Shown here piece after piece: positions 53,661-64,000 of a DNA stretch of 64,000 bases. Under the pieces are notes generated by a model. It saw only the letters and a program-made list of their open reading frames with translations. It ran no database searches and had not been told where the DNA came from. Origin of the DNA: Octopus sinensis. Its lineage: Eukaryota. Location: the NCBI RefSeq assembly GCF_006345805.1, contig NC_043015.1:1984001-2048000 (forward strand). The letters run 5' to 3'. The position numbers and the translations under genes were made by a program. Numbering within the stretch: the first letter of the stretch is position 1; the number at the start of each line of letters is the position of its first letter.

Positions 53661-54051
53661 GCATCTATCTAGAACGATAGAGACAGAGACACAGATAATT
53701 GTTTTCCTCTTCTCTCAGTTTTTATTGCTAGCAGATTAAAATATACTACTTTATACATTGTTATTTTGGTAAATATTTATATCTAGCAAATCGAAATGAA
53801 AATCAATTTTGTGAAAATAAATCAGAATATATTAACCATCTATAGAGAGACGAAATATTTGTGTTTTCCTTCAAAATATTCTGTCTTACAATCATTGAAA
53901 TACAACGATTTTAACAGCAGATACGCTCTCTCCTAAACACATAGACATATGCGCGCGCATAATATTTACTGTGAGTGTATGCACATACGTGTTATATCGT
54001 ACGTACCAATAATCCTATTCTAAACAATAGAGAGCGAGTACAGGCACATAG

Positions 54052-55275
54052 AGGGTGCGTATGGTATTTGAGGACATACGTTTTTTGGGTCACTGCTGCA
54101 TTTTTGTTAACTCTGTATACTCTTTGTTTCAGAAAATAATAATGGCATGCCTTCAGCTTACTCAAGAGATGAAGAAGCATGTTGTTATTGTGGTTATAAA
54201 GGCTGAACATAACAATTTAGAAATATGTCGCTATTTAAATGTTGCCAGATCTTTCGTCTACAAAGTTTGTAAGGAGCTAGAGATTGAAAATGGAAACGTA
54301 TCACCAGTATCAAGGCATGAAAAGCGTTCTAAACGGTCTGAAATCATCAGAACACATGAATTCATCCAGCAAGTTCAATAGACCATTGATGATTACATTC
54401 CCCGAAAGTCAATATGGTCAATTGCAAAAGATCTTCAAGTGTTAGAAGGAACAGTCAGAAATGTTGTTCACGAAAACATCAGATATTAATCGTATATGAT
54501 GAGGAAAGGTCAATTTTATCAGAAAACGCATAAGAATATCACTACATCAGATCTAAAAGTCTTTTAAACAAACTGAAAAATCAAGCAGAAGGTGATTTGA
54601 TATAGTTTTTCTCAAACGAGAAAAACTTCGACCAAGATCAAAAAGTTAACAAAAAATGACAGATGCTTATGTGCAGAGCCTTTTGAAGTTCCAAATATTA
54701 TGCATACAAAATTTGCTGCTGCTGTCATGCGTATAGGGGTTGTCAGCAATGAGAGACGTGTGATGACACATTAGTTCCTTCCACAAGGCCTTGGATTTAA
54801 CTGTGTCGCCTACATTGGGGTCCTGGAAAAAACTGTTAATCCCTGGATAGGAAAGTCATATGTGCATCAGTAAATTCACATATGGCTCTAATAACACAGG
54901 AATGGTTGGCTGAAATTTTTCATGATCACATAACCCCTAACATTTGGCCTCCTAATTTCCCAGGTTTCAATCCATTGGACTACTACATGTGGAGCGTTGT
55001 TGAGAGAGAGAGAGAGAGGTTAACAAGCCCATAACACCAAAGATTCTTTGAAAGCTGTCATTGTCAGAGTGATGTCCAAAATGAACTGGGACCTCTTGAT
55101 TCGAGTATGTAGATGATTTAGATCTGATATAGAAGAAGTTGTTGTATCTGAAGGTGGCTTTATTGAATAACATTATGGAAAAGAATGTTTATTTTTACCC
55201 TCATAGCATTTTCTGATAAATAAAGTTATTATCTGTCATTATATAGATGTTTTTTTTTAATAAACATACATCCTG
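54052..55275 (+). mobile_element. maT-like (DD37D) transposon, near full length, decayed
   Basis: Transposase at about 54142-55170 has FLNVARSFVYKV-type HTH, SYMMRKGQF, FFSNEKNFDQDQKVN and WPPNFPGFNPLDYYMW. Left end agggtgcg..tttgaggaca with a partial inverse at about 55262-55275. Confidence 0.85.
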
Positions 55276-55709
55276 GGTTGATAAAATAAGTACCAGCCGA
55301 ACGAACACTGGGGTCGATATAATCGACCTACTCCCTAGCCCTAAGAAACAGAGACAGCTATTTTGATCTGGCTTATTTTAAACCAGTCACTAATGGTGAA
55401 TATTAAGAAAATATAAAAGAGAAAAAGATACAGATAATAAACTACCAAGGACTTTGATTGAATTCGACAATATGTTGTGGGCCATTGACCCTTAGCTTCT
55501 AGATATTCTTAGTCTTGTGATTTCAGACGCCGTTCCCTTTCACGACATAGCTTAAAGCGAATTACTTATTATCTCAATGCATACATAATATGGATACATG
55601 TTTATTTTTAATTTCGCTCAATCTTTCCCTCACCATATGTGATTCTCTGGGTAAATATGTGTGTTTCAGAGAGTAGAAATGAAATATGTAACTTACATAC
55701 ATACAGATA

Positions 55710-55740
<31 letters not shown>

Positions 55741-55791
55741 TAATATCTACTAATAGGACATGTAAATATGTCTCTCTCTCTCTACATAATA

Positions 55792-55859
<68 letters not shown>

Positions 55860-55940
55860 TACTATATATATATACATTATACATATATATACATATATAA
55901 TATATACATATATATATACATATATATATATACACACACA

Positions 55941-56003
<63 letters not shown>

Positions 56004-57199
56004 TCTGCTGGGTTTATGTGCTCGCATGCTCGCATAAATTGAATAGTTACGATTCAATTCTATAAAAGACAATCAAATAAAATATTTTTTTAGAATATGG
56101 ATGTTAAAAAAAACCGAAAAAAAAACAAATAGCAAAAACATATATGTCGACAAATCTCTTCAAATTCGCTGATATATATATATTACACTGCAGGTTATCA
56201 GCAACCATTAAACTGAGACATGAGTAATTTTGTTACAGTGTCCTTATATAGCTTCGTGGCGTATTTTAGTGGCTTGTGTCCCGCATTTAAACAGTAACAC
56301 TAATATTTTTCTATTATGATAATTCTCTTTATCGATTTGGTTCATTCGACTCTCAACTTCGGCAAATTCATAAAGCTAATAGCATATTACATTATGCACA
56401 GAGAAACCCTTTCACAAAAGAATGCATAAGGGTATTATCGTATCTGTGTGTATGTGTGTTTGTGTGTTTCACTGAAATGTTTTCTGTATATGTACGCAGA
56501 AATCAATTCAATATAAAATTTAATAGAAAAAATATGCACATAAGTATAATCCATGGTATATAAATGCTATAGATGTAAAATGATGGTTGCTGTGCATAAG
56601 AGCAAAGTCATACATACTTGCAAACACGCGCACACAAGCAAGCAAGCAACACACACACAGACACGCACACACACACACACACACAACACACACACACAAA
56701 CACTCATATACATATATACATATATATATATATAAGGTATCTACATTTATACTTCTACAGATATGGAAGTGTGTGAGTGCACGTGTATATGTATATGTAT
56801 ATATATAATATATAATATATATATATTATATATATAATATATCAATATATATATAATATATATATATATATTATATAATTATATAATATATATATATATA
56901 TATATATTTATCAATATGCATAAATATATACATATATATATTTACATATGTATATAACGAACATATGCTTATATGTAATATATATATATTATATATATGT
57001 ATATTTATATACATACTATATATGTATATCTACCTATCTATCCTTTTATCTATCTATGTATGTTCTATCTATATATATATATGTATGTATATGTATCTAT
57101 CTATTTATCTATCCTTCTATCTACCTATATTATATATGTCACACACGCATAATACATACATACATACAAATAATATAAATATATATATATATATATAAT

Positions 57200-57265
<66 letters not shown>

Positions 57266-57567
57266 AGGGAAGAGAGAGAGAAAAGAAATAATGATATAAA
57301 GAGAATATATGTGATATGTGTTTGTGTGCTTGCTCCTAAAACTCATATACTTTTATATCGATACATGTTTATATATATTTCTCTGTTTCCATCGTTTTGC
57401 CTAGCTTTTAATGCATATCTTTCTATCTTAATGTCAGTCTGTTTACATTTATATCTAAGATGAAAATCAGTCATAAGTCGGTGTGTAAGGTCTGACATAC
57501 TCTCACATATGCATACATATATACTAAATGCGTATATTCATACACACATACATGCATATATATATAT

Positions 57568-57601
<34 letters not shown>

Positions 57602-57987
57602 ATATAATATATATATATAAATTACATTGCGCGCAGACACACATACATAGACACGCACCCATTTATATTTTTACATGTATTTTTAAAACTACGCTTTATT
57701 GCTCAAACCATTTAAGAAACAGAGATGTTATCGTGAAATGAGGGAGGAAAAGAATAGAATCATTAAGGCAGAAGTTAGAATTTGAATGATAATAGACCAA
57801 TGGGAATATTACATGTTCTAAACAATATACAGGAAAATTTGTTATTTACTGGTTGGGAACATTCTTGAAGATTATAGTTAATGGTACCTCATGAGTATAA
57901 TCTTTATTAATATTATATTTGTATATATATATATATAATATATATATATATTATATATATATTATATATATTTGTTTATATATATGT

Positions 57988-58018
<31 letters not shown>

Positions 58019-58132
58019 GCATGTGTTGTGCATATATGCATTTACATAAGTTTTCGGTATCTACCAATAAATACAGAGCTCCCACAAATATATATGTATA
58101 ATAAATATGTATACTTATATGTACATATATAC

Positions 58133-58209
<77 letters not shown>

Positions 58210-60830
58210 AATGTGTGTGGGTGTATATGTTTATATATTTCTGCGAGTGTGTGTAGGTATGTTGGTGCATAGGCGTATATGTTTCTCTTTGTGTCACTTC
58301 TCGCTCTTTCTCTCTCCCTCTCTGTCTCTGCATATGTGTGTTTGTGTATCTCTCTCTCTCTCTTACTATAAGCTTTCAAAATCAACCCCCCCTGGGAAAA
58401 CGTCCTGATGAGAGGTATATTGGAAGAGTGAGTGGGTACGAATGAAACATTTTGAGATATATCTTCGCATGTAAAGAAATTTAGCAATGTACATGAATAG
58501 ATATTTAGCGCATGTTATAGATAAATAGATACTCTTTTCAATAGATCAACACATTGTTTTAGATAACATTTTATCAAGATACATATATACATATATATAT
58601 ATTATATATATATATAATAATATATATATATATATAATATATATATATATAGTACATACATACATATATGTGTGTCTGTCTGTCTGTATGTATATATGCA
58701 TATGTCCATCTATCCATTTATGAATATTTATTCGTATATAAATATATATATAAACACAGAGAACTATATAGATAGAAGATGACTTAATGAAACGTATACT
58801 GAAATACGTTGGTAGTAATAACCAATTTATAATTGGTTATTATTATTATTTTTTTGTCAATTACTTGAAATACGAAGTTGTAATAGAAATGAAATTCTAA
58901 AATTGACAGATTAATACTAAAAGCAAAATAAAAAATGGGGAAAAGTAATAATAATTAAAAATTAGAAAATTTTACAATTTTAAAAAGTAGAAAAAAATGT
59001 TCATACAGACATTGTGTGAGAGATTTTCGATAGATAAATAAAACTAAGTATTGTAAAACAGAGTAAAAAGACTCCCCCAATACATGCGTGTACAGCAAAT
59101 TCGAGTTAATATTTTCGAATGACACAATTGTTAAATTTTGAAGAGAATACTGTCAACATGCCTATAACGAATAAAAGATTGTTACAAGTAATCGAACGAC
59201 GTGTATTTGTCATACTGCATGTCTTTAACCTACTAATTTTCAACACTATATATAGAGATGCACAGAATATGGTTTATATAAAATAAAAGAAAAGAAAGAA
59301 AATAATTTATTAACGTCTTACTTCACAAAGTTTCCCTCTCATTATTAATAAACGGCAAAGCACAACTAAAAAAAAAAAAAATTACAACAAAGGTGTACCG
59401 AATTAGCTGATCAAAAATTACCTCAGGAAAGTTTTTTTTGATGATAACAAAAATAACACGAAGCGAATTGCAAAACTCGTTCCAGCAATGACAATAATAA
59501 CAAAAATAACAGCGATAAGGACAAAAATAAAGCAAAATGAGTTCAAACGAAACGTAGACAAATTTATATACAGTTTACTGTTCATATAACTTAAGATCAA
59601 GAAATAACGTACTCCGTCCGGTGAAATATAAATATGGTTTAACGTACATAATATATAGTAATGAAGGACTAATAGTTTGATAAACTGAATATGTTACTTA
59701 AGCAGGTTCTAATACCCACCTAGTGTCCACAAATGATTATCAGGCTCTGAGTCGATATACGTCTTATATCTGGGCGATAAAACAAGACAAGTCACGAGTA
59801 AAATTAGGATGAAGGTGGTTTGTTAAAATCAATAGGATGAAGGTGGAAGGTTGAAATATAGGATGAATGTAGAAGGGTGAAAATCAAAACGGAAAAAGAA
59901 AGGAGAGAAAGAAATAGAACCAGAATTATGCCTCCTTTGATCGTAGTTTCACGAGGCTAGATGGTGTAGATTTAGCTGAAGGAATCTGCTATATAGCTGT
60001 TCAATCTGGAGAAGATAGTGTTCTCTGATTCTCTAAAGGAAACTGGTGCATATATTTGCATTAGCAGAACGTCTCTTTGCTGGATTTCAGCAGTGCGTTG
60101 GAGTTCTTGGATCTAAATCAGTTGTGAGATATTCAGCTATACTTTACTTGCATGGATCTTTCTGCGATTATCTACTTGAGTGCATGCGGGGTGTTGTTGA
60201 TCCATACGTGACAAGCCAACATAGTGGTTTTTCTTTTGTCCATATGCTGAAACACAATAAGTGGTTATCATAGCGTCTTTTAAAGCACCTTCGGATAACC
60301 CGATATGGTAATTCTTTTTCATTATGTTATCATGTAGCGTTACATAGACACAGAAAGATACACACATACGCCCACACACAGACGTATGCATAAGTATAAA
60401 AAGATGCTCTTAATGTTTTGTCTGGAATATTGACCATAGCTTCCAAGATAAGTACCTTGGGGATGTTAGCTGAATTTTCTCTAAACAATTTTCTCCGAAC
60501 ATGCCCAACAAAACCAGTATGTTGGTGCTTTGACAACGTCTTTAGTGGGGTGATATTCGCGGCAGTATTGGCGATGGGGTTGGAGAAATTGATCATCTAG
60601 TGTCCCAAAGGAATACAAATTAGAGTTAATAATCTTTAATCTCGCGAAAGCAAGCACCATATTTTGTATAAATGCACACGTAATATCTGTTGAGTATATA
60701 TATATATATATACTATATATATATATATATATAAAACGGAAGCTTTATGAAAATAGACCAAAGACGAAGGCAGGTGGGAACAAACAAACAATTGTATTAG
60801 TATGGCGCTCAGGAATATAAATAAAACAAG

Positions 60831-60868
60831 TCTTTAACGTTTCGAGCCTACGCTCTTCAACAGAAAGA
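60831..60868 (-). ncRNA. minimal HHR-like motif in PLE pLTR (variant core)
   Basis: ucuuu CUGUUGA A GAGC guag GCUC GAAA CG UU aaaga: 5-bp stem I, 4-bp stem II, palindromic ACGU stem III. A6 is replaced by U and there is one extra A. Confidence 0.55.
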
Positions 60869-61048
60869 TACACAGAGAGAAAAAAAAACACAGAAAGAAG
60901 GAGAGAAAAAAATGCGTGCAGTAACTAAAGAATCAACATGGCGATCTGATTTCGGCCAGAGGTCAAAGATCAAACATGAGACGCGAGAGCGAAATAAGGG
61001 GAGATAATAGGGTTGATAATAGGGTTGACTGACCAGCTCCAACATGAG

Positions 61049-61530
61049 GGTGTGTGTGTGTGTGTATGAGAGAGTATTAGTGCGTATGAGAGGTCTGGAC
61101 GTGTGTATGTATAGGTTTGGTGTATGTATTAGTATGTATTAGTATGTATAAGGGTGTGTGTGTGTGTGTATGAGAGAGTATTAGTGCATATGAGAGGTCT
61201 GGACGTGTGTATGTATAGGGTTGGTGTATGTATTAGTATGTATTAGTATGTATAAGGGTGTGTGTGTGTGTGTATGAGAGAGTATTAGTGCGTATGAGAG
61301 GTCTGGACGTGTGTATGTATAGGGTTGGTGTATGTATTAGTATGTATTAGTATGTATTAGTACGTATTAGTATGTATACGTGTGTGTGTGTGTGTGTATG
61401 AGAGAGTATAAGTGCGTATGAGAGGTCTGGACGTGTGTATGTATAGGGTTGGTGTATGTATTAGTATGTATAGTATGTATTAGTATGTATTAGTACGTAT
61501 TAGTATGTATTAGTTGGTGTATGTATTAGT
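61049..61530. repeat. four-copy minisatellite, unit about 104-125 bp
   Basis: (gt)n atgagagagtattagtgcgtatgagaggtctggacgtg...(tatgtattag)n is repeated four times. Confidence 0.9.
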
Positions 61531-61732
61531 ATGGCACATCATATATGATGTGATGTGTAAAGTCGTGTGGTGTAGTGTGGAGAGAGGAGAAGAGGAGGAG
61601 GGGGAAGAGGGGGGAGAGGATACTATGGGGAGGGGGAGAGGGAAGGGGAGGGATAAAGAGGGAAGAAGGGAGGGGGAGTAGGGAAGGGGAGTAGGGGTCG
61701 GGGGAAGGTAGGTGGGGAGGGGGAGAGGGGGG

Positions 61733-62748
61733 TTAGATGAGGAGGGGGGGAGAGTTGAGACCAAATGGCGTATAACAGCAAAGAGAGAAGATTAATTCCT
61801 GTTCACGGCGCAAACGGGAATCCGGATGGCCTCTGTGTAAGGACAAACCGAACACAGATAGGTGTTGCAAGGAGTGACCGGTGGAGCGGTAATAGCGTGA
61901 GACCGGTGTGTCGTTCGCAAGGTGGATGTCACGAAGGTGTTCCGCAAACCGGTCAGCCCAGCGGCGTCCCGTTTGTCCGATGTACAAGGAATGGCAGAGA
62001 AAGCAAGAGACGCAATAGATAATATTGCTGGAGGTGCAGGTGAAGGAGTGGATAATGGGATAGGGTCGATGGTGGGTGCTAGTGAGGAGAGTGGTGTTGG
62101 AGAGGTAAGGGCAAGTGCGGCAACGTGGGCGGGAGCAGAGGAACGAGCCGGGTTGGGAGGTGGGGTCAGGGAAGGAGCTATGGACCAAGAGGTCTCGAAG
62201 GTTGTGGGCTCGTTTGAAAGAGGGGAGGGGTCGGTTAGGGAAGAGGTGTGAAGTGGACGGGTCGGACTGGAGATGACGGAAAGCTCGAAGAATGGTGCGT
62301 TGGAGAGGTAGGGTCGTGGGGTGGTAAGTGAGGGAAAAAGGGAGGCGGGAGACTACAGGGCGGGTTCGGGGAGAGAGAGCAGATACACGGTCCACGGACC
62401 GTGCTCTGGCAAGGGCGGTGTGGATAGTGGTGAGGGGGTATCAACGTAGGGTGAAGTGGTGAGCCATACGTTGAGACTGAGTCTCAAAGTCATGGTCGTC
62501 ACTACAGAGCCTACGTAGACGGAGGAATTGGGAATAGGGGATGGAAAGCTTGGTGTGTTCTGGGTGGGTGGGAGGAAGAGAAGTTGAGGTATGAGTGTGA
62601 GTCTGTGTGTTTGTAGTGAATGGAAGTGGTAAGAGTGGAGTGAAGAATGCTAACCGAAATGTCGAGGAAGGAGACAGAGGTGTTGGAGATAGTGGAAGTG
62701 AAGTGGAGGGCTGGATGGAAAGATTGGACGAAAGAGAGGAAGGAATCT
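61733..62748 (-). pseudogene. PLE ORF C-terminus: RT motifs 6-7/thumb + Cys-rich linker + GIY-YIG endonuclease
   Basis: [28 protein letters not shown] / KLSIPYSQFLRLRRLCS, then CSRPRCRTC..FTCTSSNIIYCVSCFLCHSLYIGQTGRRWADRFAEH. One frameshift and one in-frame stop. Confidence 0.9.
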
Positions 62749-62832
62749 ATATATATATATGCTTATATCAGCATGGCCGCCACAGCTCTGAAACTAGAAA
62801 AAAATATATATATACACACATATATGCACACT

Positions 62833-62868
<36 letters not shown>

Positions 62869-62894
62869 CACACATATATGCACACTTATATATA

Positions 62895-62955
<61 letters not shown>

Positions 62956-63099
62956 GTATATGTATATACCCAATATAAAACAGTGTACATTTAACCACAA
63001 GGGAAAACTACCTTTAACAGGTAATTTTTGCACGCTAGAAGAAGCAGTCAAAACGACCAAGACCACAAGTCCAAATTATTAATTAATTATTATAATATG

Positions 63100-64000
63100 A
63101 ATACATTTAATATTTAGTAGACATGCCCTTTGCATCTTTCTATAAAAGGACGTTATAAAACATGTCACTGATCAGATGACGAATATTCTCTTGCAGTATT
63201 TCTTGCCAGGTTTCATGCACTAATCTCAAAATATCTGACTTTGGATATGCCTTCTTGTTCTTTTAATGAAGTGCATTTCCATTATGTTCCAGGGGTGCTC
63301 GATAGAGTTCATATTTGGTGACTGGCTTGGCCACGGAAGCTTTTTAATACCTTATTGATCCAAGAAATCTTGGGTCATCCTAACCATACGACTAGGAGCC
63401 CTATCTTCCACAAATAAAGAGTATCCTTTAATCATTTCAGCACAGGAGAAGATGGAAGTCCTTTCTAAAATATGGACACGTATTTATCCTAGTTTATGTT
63501 TCCCTTTCACTCCACCAGCTCTGTTCAACCATTCCTCCAAATTGCACAGAATGGCTGCGGTGTTTCATTGTTGGCTGCAATCTTTTCACATTAACTGCTT
63601 CGTCACAGAGTCCCATACCCACACTCAACCACTCTCAGTAAATACAGCAAATCTTTACTCATGTCTAAATTTCTAGTGGTCTGTCCACTATATAATTGTC
63701 CCAATCTTTATTCCGCTTGGCTGGTTGAAACAGTGGTTTCCTTTATGCTGCTTTGCTATAGTAACCAACTTTGTGCAAATACCCAGCTGTTGTGGGACTT
63801 GCAATGAGAATTATACTGCCCACAAGCCTTATCAACGAGAATGATCCAGAAAGTCCACGTAATGTAGAATGCTTATTTAAATATTATTTATTATGTTAGT
63901 ATTTATTATACATTTTTTCATTAATTATATATAGGTAACTGGACGTTATTTTAGCATGTTTGTGAAGTTTCATGAACATTCATTAACTGGTGTAGAAGGC
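63100..64000 (-). mobile_element. Tc1-like (DD34E) transposon relic, may extend beyond the window
   Basis: LFVEDRAPSRMVRMTQDFLDQ*GIKKLPWPSQSPNMNSIEHPWNIM and VHETWQEI...HLISDM match the Tc1 catalytic C-terminus. Confidence 0.8.

Larger units (their letters stand above)
60733..62748 (-). mobile_element. Penelope-like retroelement, 5'-truncated, with 3' pLTR, between (TA)n tracts
   Basis: In element orientation: RT thumb, GIY-YIG, polypyrimidine tract, minisatellite, then a pLTR carrying an HHR-like motif. Confidence 0.88.

Noticed and set aside
58408-58450. CTGATGA followed by GAAAC
   Set aside because: No complementary stem II between the motifs.
61049-61530. CRISPR-like array
   Set aside because: The units are whole tandem repeats without unique spacers, in eukaryotic context.
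61580-61760. G-rich tract as a functional G-quadruplex or promoter
   Set aside because: It is the polypyrimidine 3' region of the PLE read on the opposite strand, with no independent evidence of function.
62436-62446. In-frame TGA in the PLE ORF as possible selenocysteine (as in some Naiad PLEs)
   Set aside because: It falls at the conserved RGYP glycine (GGA to TGA single change) in a copy that also has a frameshift, so decay is the simpler explanation.

Overview
This is AT-rich, microsatellite-dense eukaryotic DNA with one 100-N scaffold gap (37740-37839). The SINE and transposon repertoire suggests an octopus/cephalopod genome, which is an inference from recognising the repeats. I found no confidently identifiable host gene. 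Recognisable coding sequence is almost all decayed mobile elements: a mariner (DD34D) relic, two Tc1 (DD34E), two maT-like (DD37D), two CR1/L2-like LINE 3' ends, two Tx1/L1-like 3' ends, two R4/Dong-like RLE-LINE pieces and two Penelope-like elements (PLEs). There are also about 20 tRNA-derived SINEs built from shuffled modules, a non-autonomous Helitron, a HINE-like element and a foldback MITE. The most interesting layer is RNA structure. Several hammerhead-ribozyme (HHR) motifs of different types sit in short elements next to (TA)n tracts. The best is a complete type I HHR at 12563-12609 inside a ~230-nt G-U-rich rod-like fold, a retrozyme-like candidate. Other notable items are a ~150-bp apparent target-site duplication around a SINE, a 3' tail shared by SINEs and LINEs, and recurrent inverted duplications at (TA)n tracts. 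All alignments and folds were done by eye, so element boundaries are approximate.
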